A stretch of DNA of 64,000 nucleotides, from assembly GCA_030647355.1 (NCBI GenBank), contig JAUSIS010000004.1, positions 4,066 through 68,065 on the forward strand, written 5' to 3'. Under the pieces are notes generated by a model. It saw nothing but the letters and a program-made list of their open reading frames with translations. It was not told the DNA's origin and did no database searches. Position 1 is the stretch's first letter. Each line of letters opens with the position of its first letter. The position numbers were made by a program, and so were the translations under genes. This stretch comes from a bacterium (GTDB lineage Bacteria; Patescibacteriota; UBA1384; VFKW01). This document shows, one piece after another, positions 16,861 to 25,160 of the stretch.

Positions 16861-18642
16861 ATTAAATATATTTTAAAATTTCTTCTTGTCCCAATTATCG
16901 TTACTGCTTTATATAGCATAACCTTGCCAGTTAGAGCCGATATTAATGAGTGGTCAATTAAAAAATTTGAATCAGAAATAATTTTAAATAAAGATTCGAC
17001 AGCTACTATAACAGAAAATATTTTAGCCGATTGCGGTAATTGCGTAGGTAAGCATGGAATTTTCCGAATATTGCCTTTGCAGGCACAAAAAACAACTACC
17101 GATATAATAAAATCACCAATCAAACTGCAAAGCATAACCGACTTTAATAATAAACCCTACGACTTCCAGGAGATTATTAACCAGACAGATAAAACCATTA
17201 CATGGAAAATAGGCGATCCAAATATTACAGTTACCGGAGAGAATGATTATAGGATTAAATATATAGCAAAGAATGTTATCAGGTCTGGAAATACAGAATT
17301 TGATGAGTTCTATTGGAATTTGAATGGTATTTTTTGGGATCTTCAGACGGACAATTTTACAGCTCGAATCGTATTTCCTCCAGAGGTTACTTCGACAGGC
17401 ACACCAGTTGTCTACTTATACGGCGGTGGATTTGGACAAAATTCTCAGATAGCCAGTTATAAATGGGGAGGTAATATTTTAGCTGTCGAATCGAGCAGAA
17501 AATTACTGCCGAAAGAGGGAATAACAGTATCGGTGACAGTGCCCAAAAATATTTTCCAGCCCTATATTTTGACTAAACAGGATGAAGAGCTGTATACCGG
17601 CGGCGGGAAAATTACTCTACCAGATAGTGTAAAAAAATTATTTAATATTGCCGGTTTCTCTTGGCCTATAATGGTGCTGTTATTATGTTATCTTATCTGG
17701 GCGAAATATGGCAGGGATCCCAAGATTAACCGTGCAGTTGCACCCGAATTTGAGATACCAAAGGATCTTAGCCCAATTGATATGGGGATGGTTGATTCCA
17801 ATGGCAGACTGCTCAATCATTTTATTTCGGCAACTATCGTTAATTTGGCTGTAAAAAATTACATTACAATTGAATTAATTGGAAAAACGGGAATTTTTGC
17901 TAAAGAAGATTATAAATTGAGAACATCCGGGCAAAATATTCAGAGCTTGGGTGAATCGGAAAAAATTATTTACGAAAAACTTTTTGACGGGCAGTCGGAG
18001 ATTTTGCTATCAAGTTTGAAAAATAAATTCTATCTAAAATTACCAGGGATTATAAAAAATATTGATGGTAGTTTGCAGACTGCCGGGTTAATTAAATTAA
18101 CCGGTAACTATATTAAGTACGGGCTGGTAGCTTTGGCTGTCATATCTTTATTCGGTGGGTTTTCTTTGCTTGCCTTGGTACCTGCACTTGGGGGAGGATT
18201 GTTGGCTGGAGCTTTGATTATGTTATTTTTTGCCTTTATTATGCCATCCAGAACACAGCAGGGAGCGGAGCTTGAGCTTAGAATAAAGGGTTTCAAGATG
18301 TATCTAGAAACTGCTGAAAAGTATCGCCAGCAGTTTAATGAAAAAGAGAATATATTTGAGAAATTTTTGCCTTATGCCATGATATTCCAGTTAACGAAGA
18401 AATGGGTAAAAGCCATGCAGCAGATATATGGAGAAGAATATTTCAATTCGTATCATCCAATGTGGCTTCAAGGGGCATTACTTACAAGCGGGGATTTTAA
18501 CCTAGATCATTTCGAGACAGCTTTAGAATCTCTATCGTCAAATATGGCCAGTACAATTGCCTCATCACCTTCCTCCTCGGGGGCAGGCGGCGGCGGATTT
18601 TCCGGCGGCGGTGGAGGAGGGGGCGGCGGAAGAGGCTGGTAG
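16861..18642 (+). CDS. DUF2207 membrane protein; probable ATT start at 16861 (track start 16924)
   Basis: HGIFR, EFYWN, YGRDP, FEKFLPYAM, Gly-rich tail GGGGFSGGGGGGGGGRGW. Confidence 0.88.
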   Translation: MKYILKFLLVPIIVTALYSITLPVRADINEWSIKKFESEIILNKDSTATITENILADCGNCVGKHGIFRILPLQAQKTTTDIIKSPIKLQSITDFNNKPYDFQEIINQTDKTITWKIGDPNITVTGENDYRIKYIAKNVIRSGNTEFDEFYWNLNGIFWDLQTDNFTARIVFPPEVTSTGTPVVYLYGGGFGQNSQIASYKWGGNILAVESSRKLLPKEGITVSVTVPKNIFQPYILTKQDEELYTGGGKITLPDSVKKLFNIAGFSWPIMVLLLCYLIWAKYGRDPKINRAVAPEFEIPKDLSPIDMGMVDSNGRLLNHFISATIVNLAVKNYITIELIGKTGIFAKEDYKLRTSGQNIQSLGESEKIIYEKLFDGQSEILLSSLKNKFYLKLPGIIKNIDGSLQTAGLIKLTGNYIKYGLVALAVISLFGGFSLLALVPALGGGLLAGALIMLFFAFIMPSRTQQGAELELRIKGFKMYLETAEKYRQQFNEKENIFEKFLPYAMIFQLTKKWVKAMQQIYGEEYFNSYHPMWLQGALLTSGDFNLDHFETALESLSSNMASTIASSPSSSGAGGGGFSGGGGGGGGGRGW

Positions 18643-18780
18643 AGCTTGGAAAGATTAGATTAGAGAGCTCAAGTTGCGAGCGGTTTTTGTTTTGTTCTAA
18701 TAATTTTATTCTGGTTCTTTGAGTGAAGATATTTTGTCCAACCGATTTAAGTTTATTGTTTTTTTCTAAGTTAATACCTA

Positions 18781-18821
18781 TTGACTTTTACACATCAATA
18801 GGTATACAACTAAGTTGTATA
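18781..18821 (+). promoter_or_regulatory. Promoter with overlapping palindromic operator
   Basis: TTGACT at 18781 and a perfect TATACAAC-TAA-GTTGTATA palindrome at 18803-18821. Confidence 0.5.
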
Positions 18822-18852
18822 AAATAGATGAGCATATTACTAGGGGGTTTAT

Positions 18853-20227
18853 GTGGCAAATATTGATACGAAAAGGTTTGAGAGACGATTAGTACTGCCC
18901 AAAGGACAATTGAGATCATTTATAAGAGATTTGAGAAAAATACTCAAGCCGGTTAGTTTTTCGAAAAATAATTATTCGCAAACTATTTATCTTAATACAG
19001 AAGATCTTAGAGTTCCTTGGGGTATTTCTATAAGAGCTCGGCGATACGTGAAGAGACCTGATAAAAATATTACTATAGATTATTTGAATGATTACATTTG
19101 CGAATTTAAGGAAGGGGGCTTCGGATCCTGACCGTAAGGAAAAAATTCGAAAAACAATGAAAATTGACGACTTTTGCTCCTGGAGTGAAAAAAAACTAGA
19201 AAAGAGAATCTCTAAAGTTAAGTTGCGTCCCCATGCTGTCTGCCAATATTATCGTCAGCATTATATTTCAGATAAAGAAAAGGACTTGCGTTTAACTATA
19301 GACAAAAACGTTCGGTATGGATATTTCGATCCGATAAATGGATTCTCTTGGATCGGTAATGATGGAAGCGTCCGTATTGAAATCAAGGCAAGTAAAGAAT
19401 CAATGAATTCGGAAACATATCAGGAATTATTGAAAATACTGCAGAGTAAAAATTATTTAAATGTAATCTCTAAAAAAAATCAAATCTACAATTTTCTTAA
19501 GGATTTGCGGTTTAAGTATGTAAATAAACTAATCAACGAGTTGCCAGAATATGAAATCGAATCAAAAATTTCCATCAGCGACAACGATCCATGGATGGTA
19601 TTATTTAAAATTAAAGATGCTTTGGATAATGGATTTGATAAGAATTTGGATTTAAGTTATTATCCGCATGTTGAATGCACATCAAGAGTATACTATTATT
19701 TTCAGAAACTAGTTGATCCGCAGATTGACGAGGTTATTAAGTTATCGTTCAAAATTAATAAATTTCGACTTATATACAAAGACGAAGCCAAATTTATTAA
19801 GGATAGTTACCATCTAGGATGTATTATAAAAAGAAAGGAAATCAAAAATCCATGGTTTAATTTCAATGTTTCTAACAGTAAAAAAGTGCTCAAGATAATT
19901 GAAAATAAATTAGGATCCTTTACCAGAAGTGACTATTTGCAACGCAATAGGTTGGCTATTTGGCCACTCAATAATGTTTCCGGCAGATTATACCGTATAG
20001 GGATTGATAAATGTACGAGTAATTCCGGAGTAGATTATCAAATGGAGATCGAATACGAAGGTAGAATTAAGGGAGAGTGGAAAATTAGTAAAAACACTGA
20101 AAAAGAGATATCTTCAGAGTTGGCACATTTGACAAATACTGTATTTAACCTCCTAAATAAGGACAAACCCACTGCCGCACCAACACAGGAAACAAAACTC
20201 GATATCTTAAATTATAGGAAGAGGTAA
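18853..20227 (+). pseudogene. Frameshifted VTC/CYTH-like tandem-domain protein (ORFs 18853-19131 and 19088-20227)
   Basis: RFERR, SIRARRY and EFK in the first ORF continue as RKEKIR, YYRQHY, LRLTIDKNV and RIEIK in the second. Removing one G from the G5 run near 19114-19118 fuses them. A second CYTH-like unit follows (YEIESK...IGIDKC...QMEIEY). Confidence 0.65.
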
Positions 20228-20249
20228 GAAGAGAATTAAAATATTGTGG

Positions 20250-21713
20250 TTAAGTACGTGGTAGTTTTCTAACAATCCCTTTCTCGGCATCAACTTCGAC
20301 AAGGTCACCGTCCTTTAATATTTTAGTCGCATTTTTCGTGCCGATCACGCAGGGTTTGTGCATTTCCCGGGCCATAATGGCCGCATGACAAGTAATACCG
20401 CCCTCGTCTGTGACAAAAGCAGCAGCTTTTTCCATGGCTGGCAATAGATCTGGCGTGGTCATAGAGGTTATTAAGATGTCACCTTTTTCAACCTTGATTT
20501 GTTGTGAAGGATTATTGACTATTTTTACCGTGCCCTTAACTACACCCTTGAAAGCAATTTGGCCTTTTATAAATTTATCCGACGATGTTGATTTTGAAAT
20601 ATCATTTTGAATTAGATTGCCCGTTTCCCAATTGAATTTTCCACCCGTTACAGAAATTGAAAATCCCTTTTGGCGGTCTAGTATCTTCTCCTTGAGCGAT
20701 TTGATATCTTCTTTACCTATATTATATATTTCTTCTTTTACTAAAAATGGCATCAACTCGCCAGATATCCCGACTTTTTGGCCTATTTCATATAAGATTG
20801 GCAATAAGTTATAAGCAGATAAGTTGATACTATCTTTCACATAAGTTCTAAGGAAAATCCAATTTTGATATTGTTTAATCAATTTAATATTTTTATTATC
20901 AAAATTTAATTCTTTGAAAATTTGTTTTTGTTTTTCTTCTTGTGCTTTTTGTTCCTTAATAATATTTTTTAGTTCACTCGCGGCATTTTTAGATAATTCC
21001 ATAAAACGCTTGGCAACTTCTTCTCTTTGAAGTGATTTACCTATGAACCAATGATATGACATCCAATTAAATTGTTTAATGTGATAATCAATGCATTGAT
21101 TCTTTTGTTCGGATGAAAAATTCGGAAAATCTATGGCACTTTTTAGAGCCGATTTGCGTTCTTCTATGACAATACTATTATTATTCGGCTCGCTAAGAGT
21201 TTCTAGATAAGATTCTAGCTGATCTATTTTATTATTCATCGCAGCTTTTAAAATAATTAAATTATATGCTTTTTCTTGAAGAATGTCTGCCATTTGTACA
21301 GAACCCCGATAACTCATATAGCCATTAATTTCTATAAATGTTTTTAACTCTTTTTGAAGAAAATTGATTAATTCTAGAGGCGTCATATTGTGTAATTTTG
21401 ATTGATTATAATCTTTTTTGAACCTGATTTTGGTTGCGAGGTGAAATATTTTATTGGCGATTTTATCCGGGTACGAAAAATTCTTATCGACATTGTAGGC
21501 TAAAAATGATTTTGTAATTTCAATTTCTTCCTCGTCGAAATAAAGATCGCCATCGAAATATGCTATGGCTGAAATAGATTTGGGAATTTCAAATGCCTTG
21601 ATACTAGCGTGGAAACCGTCAAGATAATATGAGGTGGAAAGCGGAGTATTTATTTTTTTCATATTCCATAGCCATTTAATTGGGTGGCCAGCCATATTTG
21701 TTTTCATCTCCAT
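20250..21713 (-). CDS. PEP-utilising enzyme mobile (phosphohistidine) domain protein without ATP-grasp
   Basis: C-terminal GDILITSMTTPD..AAAFVTDEGGITCHAAIMAREMHKPCVIG; helical N-terminal region. Confidence 0.85.
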   Translation of the reverse strand: MEMKTNMAGHPIKWLWNMKKINTPLSTSYYLDGFHASIKAFEIPKSISAIAYFDGDLYFDEEEIEITKSFLAYNVDKNFSYPDKIANKIFHLATKIRFKKDYNQSKLHNMTPLELINFLQKELKTFIEINGYMSYRGSVQMADILQEKAYNLIILKAAMNNKIDQLESYLETLSEPNNNSIVIEERKSALKSAIDFPNFSSEQKNQCIDYHIKQFNWMSYHWFIGKSLQREEVAKRFMELSKNAASELKNIIKEQKAQEEKQKQIFKELNFDNKNIKLIKQYQNWIFLRTYVKDSINLSAYNLLPILYEIGQKVGISGELMPFLVKEEIYNIGKEDIKSLKEKILDRQKGFSISVTGGKFNWETGNLIQNDISKSTSSDKFIKGQIAFKGVVKGTVKIVNNPSQQIKVEKGDILITSMTTPDLLPAMEKAAAFVTDEGGITCHAAIMAREMHKPCVIGTKNATKILKDGDLVEVDAEKGIVRKLPRT

Positions 21714-21821
21714 GTCCTTTGTTGAATATTATCTTACTTATTATGCAACAAATAATCGCTCTCTTCAATCTGAGCTCGAACCACTGCTTTGAGGGTATTA
21801 AATTTTAACCGAAAATCGTCA

Positions 21822-21837
21822 GAGGGGCCAGGCGGGA
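21822..21837 (-). repeat. tRNA-Lys 3'-end copy A (degenerate)
   Basis: Plus strand GAGGGGCCAGGCGGGA versus GAGGGCCAGGCGGGGATC. Confidence 0.65.
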
Positions 21838-21845
21838 CGACAAGA

Positions 21846-22115
21846 TTACCGGCTAGAAAAATTTTGTAATAATGTGCTGTACATTTGGGCGTCTTCGGCA
21901 ATTTTAGAATTGTTTTTGAGATTTATTATCTTTATTTTTTTTAGAATATTAGTGATATATTCAGGGCAAGAAGAATAAGATATTTCTTTCTCTCTTTTCT
22001 GGGCTTCAGTCAAGAATCTTTCTGCCATGATCACAGAATTTCTCTGAAGACCTAGAGATATTCTTTTTAGATCCATCGCCATTGATTGAATAGCATATTT
22101 TTCATCGAATGTCAT
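21846..22115 (-). CDS. Hypothetical protein
   Basis: 89 aa; its start overlaps the stop of the upstream ORF. Confidence 0.7.
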   Translation of the reverse strand: MTFDEKYAIQSMAMDLKRISLGLQRNSVIMAERFLTEAQKREKEISYSSCPEYITNILKKIKIINLKNNSKIAEDAQMYSTLLQNFSSR

Positions 22116-22450
22116 AAGACTTCCTTAAAAAATTTCTTTGTAAGCTTGTCAAATAGTTCCCTTACGACCATATCTTGGATTTCATTGCCACGATTATTTT
22201 GTTTAGGCCTGATATTAATGAATGAATTATAGTCGATTGTGTTTGTTGCAATATCTATACCACCACCCCAAAGATTTTCTTGCTTAGAACCATTTTCGAG
22301 CAACAATTGCTCGCAGTCGAAGTGTCTATCGCATCCGGCACAACATATTTCTTTTTCAGTATCAAAAACTGTTTTTATATATACCTCAAAAAGCTCTGCT
22401 AATTTTTCAATTTCTTCTTTCGAGTATGGAGTTTCCTTTATAATAACCAT
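22112..22450 (-). CDS. DUF5674-like protein
   Basis: H.DCEQLLLENGSKQENLWGGG...SFINIRP; TGGTAAAAT just before the ATG suggests a leaderless transcript. Confidence 0.75.
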   Translation of the reverse strand: MVIIKETPYSKEEIEKLAELFEVYIKTVFDTEKEICCAGCDRHFDCEQLLLENGSKQENLWGGGIDIATNTIDYNSFINIRPKQNNRGNEIQDMVVRELFDKLTKKFFKEVL

Positions 22451-22512
22451 ACAGCTATTTTACCACAAAATAATTTTAAGGGAAGAAATTTCATATAAGA
22501 AACCCCTACGCA

Positions 22513-22531
22513 GAGGTGCCAGGCGGGGATC
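22513..22531 (-). repeat. tRNA-Lys 3'-end copy B
   Basis: Plus strand GAGGTGCCAGGCGGGGATC (one inserted T). Confidence 0.8.
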
Positions 22532-22554
22532 AAGAGGAACCTTTGATGGAGATT

Positions 22555-23406
22555 TTAAGAGAGTTCGTCGGAAGGTCGGTAAGTACTCATGTAGAGTACG
22601 TATAGTATAGTACTTAAAAAGATTACTGAAATCTTTATTTCTTCTGTTTCATTATTGAGATCGTAATTATGGGGTAACATGGACCACCTGAGATTTGCCT
22701 CTTTAGTTAAAGACTCAAAAAAATTAATTATGCCTTGTTCGCTTTGATCTTCGCTAGCTTTCTGGAATATCTTTAAATCTAGTTTATTGATACTGTTTGC
22801 CCACTCAGACCTTGATGCAGACAGTTTGCATATTTCTCTTTTATCTACAGTATTTACGACCCACTGCCCACCTCCAAGTAAGTTGCCATCGATTGTAGCA
22901 ATAGCTTCTTTGGCTACGTTAAATACTTTTCTGTTTGGAATATCCAAAATAGCCATATGGTTATCATTTTTAAATAATTCAACTAACCCATTATTTATAT
23001 TTGCCTTAATGTTATTATTGGAACCATCATAGATAGAAAATACACCATTCAAAGATGATCCATGATTATCCATGTAGCTATAACTAAGAACCAAGTTGCC
23101 TAGTGCGGCTAAATTATTGTTTTGATAGTACCCGATTGTTCCTTTGATATCGACTTTTGTCAGTATGCGGTTCGCTTTTGTCAGCTGAGAAAATTCAATA
23201 TCTTGAGTTCCAGTCATCACATTGCCCTTTAATAAATTATTAGAATAAGCCATCATATTTTCTGTTCTACTAGTAATGTCTTCAGAAGTTTTACTTAAAG
23301 CTTTGCCAGTTTTATTTATCCAAATGAATCTCTTAATTATGAACACCATGACTACTAGCCAAACAATACCAAATGCAATCAAAAATAATATCTGTTCTAA
23401 ACTCAC
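22555..23406 (-). CDS. Hypothetical membrane protein
   Basis: 283 aa, GTG after GGAGG, N-terminal TM, own TGnTATAAT. Confidence 0.75.
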   Translation of the reverse strand: MSLEQILFLIAFGIVWLVVMVFIIKRFIWINKTGKALSKTSEDITSRTENMMAYSNNLLKGNVMTGTQDIEFSQLTKANRILTKVDIKGTIGYYQNNNLAALGNLVLSYSYMDNHGSSLNGVFSIYDGSNNNIKANINNGLVELFKNDNHMAILDIPNRKVFNVAKEAIATIDGNLLGGGQWVVNTVDKREICKLSASRSEWANSINKLDLKIFQKASEDQSEQGIINFFESLTKEANLRWSMLPHNYDLNNETEEIKISVIFLSTILYVLYMSTYRPSDELS

Positions 23407-23429
23407 TTTCTCCTCCGTTCATGAATAAT

Positions 23430-23487
23430 TATAACATATAAGAACTTTTTCGGGTGCTTATATGTTATAGAGGGCCAGGCGGGGATC
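23430..23487 (-). repeat. tRNA-Lys 3'-end copy C (23470-23487) with an abutting 13-bp hairpin
   Basis: GAGGGCCAGGCGGGGATC exact 18/18; stem TATAACATATAAG/CTTATATGTTATA at 23430-23469. Confidence 0.85.
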
Positions 23488-23610
23488 CTTCTCCCCCATC
23501 GTTTCACTCCTCCTCTGAAGCCTGGGACTTTTGCTGACGGCTCACAAAAACTGTTCGCCTATTCCTCCACTGGAGGCGCAAAAGTTCCCTTCGATCCCCT
23601 TATTTATTGG

Positions 23611-23677
23611 CTCAGATAAAATAACCCCATCTTGCGACAGGGTTATTTTATCTGAGGGCCAGGCGGGGATCGAACCC
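23611..23677 (-). repeat. tRNA-Lys 3'-end copy D (23654-23677) with an abutting 17-bp hairpin
   Basis: GAGGGCCAGGCGGGGATCGAACCC is the exact reverse complement of 24096-24119; stem CTCAGATAAAATAACCC/GGGTTATTTTATCTGAG at 23611-23656. Confidence 0.9.
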
Positions 23678-23731
23678 ATGATTTCAATGAATCGCATTGA
23701 TTTTTCGATCAGTTTACTCCATATTGAAGTG

Positions 23732-23761
23732 TTGACGGATATAGTGTTTTTTTGGTATAAT
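23732..23761 (+). promoter_or_regulatory. Sigma70 promoter of tRNA-Lys
   Basis: TTGACG, 18 bp spacer, TATAAT with a TG extension. Confidence 0.75.
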
Positions 23762-23795
23762 AATTTAGAAATAAGGTTTATTTTATTTTTCTATT

Positions 23796-24121
23796 GGGCC
23801 AGTAGCTCAGTGGTAGAGCAGGGGCCTTTAATAATAAGAGCCTTTGCAGAGAAAAACAATCTGCAAAGTGGACGTCGCTATATGCTGGAAACCCCGTTGT
23901 TGCCGATGGTACTCGTTCGTAAGAGCAGTGAAAATCCATTCGGTGCGGACAATCAGCAGGAAACCCCGCCAAAGACGGGGGCTCCTCAGAGACTACACGC
24001 GATGCACCTGAAATGGTGAAGATATAGTCCAGACTACAATCCGCCAGCTGGCGGAGCTAGGGTAACTTAGTGTGGTAAGTTAAGCCTCGTGTCGCGGGTT
24101 CGATCCCCGCCTGGCCCTCCA
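23796..24121 (+). tRNA. Intron-split tRNA-Lys(TTT); exons 23796-23828 and 24080-24121
   Basis: Spliced 75-mer GGGCCAGTAGCTCAGTGGTAGAGCA-GGGGC-CTT/TTAA-GCCTC-GTGTC-GCGGGTTCGATCCCCGC-CTGGCCCTCCA folds into a full cloverleaf. Confidence 0.88.
23829..24079 (+). ncRNA. Group I self-splicing intron, 251 nt, no ORF
   Basis: P (TATGCTGGAAA), Q (AATCAGCAGG), R (TCAGAGACTA) and S (AAGATATAGTCC) elements; 5' exon ends in U and the intron ends in G. Confidence 0.92.
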
Positions 24122-24122
24122 T

Positions 24123-24244
24123 ATGAGGGGAAAGACACATCCAATAGAAATTAGAGAAAATGCCAAGACCTCAGATTTGAAGGTCATTCTTTGAATGAGA
24201 TAGCTAAGATAACGGGAGTTTTTATGGGTCCAAAAGAAGGGTAA
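24123..24244 (+). pseudogene. HTH gene remnant resembling the N-terminus of the 1-661 ORF
   Basis: ATG 1 nt after the tRNA CCA; with one frameshift reads MRGKTHPIEIRE/KCQDLRFEGHSLNEIAKITGV, then breaks off. Confidence 0.5.
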
Positions 24245-24273
24245 GAGGTTGGGTCATATACGATCTAGGTCAT

Positions 24274-24795
24274 CTAATCATAACTTGAAGAAGTGCGGCG
24301 GATGCCGCCAGTTACGATTATCAATAATACTGGCGCAATTGTCCAGAATAAGCGGTAATCAATAATAAATCTGGCCATTTTGGAGGTTTCCTGGAGACCT
24401 TGACGCATTTCCGGTGGCATAAAGGTTGCAACTGCAGAGAGTAGTAGGACGGCATTAAAAAAACTGTAGGCAATGATTTCAATAGGAGAAAGTAGTCCGC
24501 GGGTACTCTTGCCGCCTAAACCGGATTTGCCAGCGACTAGGAAAGCTACTACAAGAAAAACGACTGCCTGGATGGTAAAAGGGGAAATATTAGCTTGAAT
24601 CCAGACTGAATTGGCAAAAGTTTTATTGCCAGTAAAAAAAAGCCGAATCGGTTCAACGACGACGGAAGATACAACTATACCGGTATAGATTGAGAGCAGG
24701 AAAGAAACAACGCGATCGCGTTGCATTATAAAACCGAATCCAACGGCTATGACCAGAAAGATGATAATGAAGACATCCCACGAGGGCACGCTCAT
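24274..24795 (-). CDS. Membrane protein, CvpA-like
   Basis: SWDVFIIIF start, about five TM helices. Confidence 0.7.
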   Translation of the reverse strand: MSVPSWDVFIIIFLVIAVGFGFIMQRDRVVSFLLSIYTGIVVSSVVVEPIRLFFTGNKTFANSVWIQANISPFTIQAVVFLVVAFLVAGKSGLGGKSTRGLLSPIEIIAYSFFNAVLLLSAVATFMPPEMRQGLQETSKMARFIIDYRLFWTIAPVLLIIVTGGIRRTSSSYD

Positions 24796-24866
24796 ACCCC
24801 TCCATAGCGACTATTTAATCTCAGTATCTAGCATAACAAAATATAGAGACAAGTGTCAATTCTAAT

Positions 24867-25115
24867 TTATCTTTCAAATTTGTTGAGCTCTTCAATAATC
24901 TGTTCTATTACTTGCTTAGACTCATCCTCATTAGTCGGAAGAGGCAATCCCAAACGCTCCGATAATTCGGCCATTTCTGGCTCAGGATCTTTCATTTTAT
25001 CTTCTTCTGAAACCCCATACTCTAGATAGCTGATCCCTATTAATTGCCGATACCGTTCCAGGTTGCGAATTCGTTCATTCGGCTCTCCCTCGGTCCTAAT
25101 TTCGTCTCTTTCCAT
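24867..25115 (-). CDS. Small acidic hypothetical protein
   Basis: 82 aa, GGGAG RBS. Confidence 0.6.
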   Translation of the reverse strand: MERDEIRTEGEPNERIRNLERYRQLIGISYLEYGVSEEDKMKDPEPEMAELSERLGLPLPTNEDESKQVIEQIIEELNKFER

Positions 25116-25160
25116 TGCAATCTCCCATTAGTTATTATCAAAATAATAACATATTGAGGC

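Noticed and set aside
18575-18640. GGC-rich low-complexity tract
   Set aside because: It encodes the normal Gly-rich tail of DUF2207 proteins.
21822-23677. CRISPR array interpretation of the repeats
   Set aside because: The spacing is 166-940 bp and irregular, the repeats match a tRNA, and no cas genes are present.
23531-24019. 162-aa and 64-aa ORFs as intron-encoded proteins
   Set aside because: They run across the repeat, promoter, exon and ribozyme core and have no endonuclease motif.
23796-24121. Reading the split tRNA as Asn(GTT)
   Set aside because: The intron would have to end in A rather than G, and the P1/P10 pairing fits a junction after U34, giving TTT.
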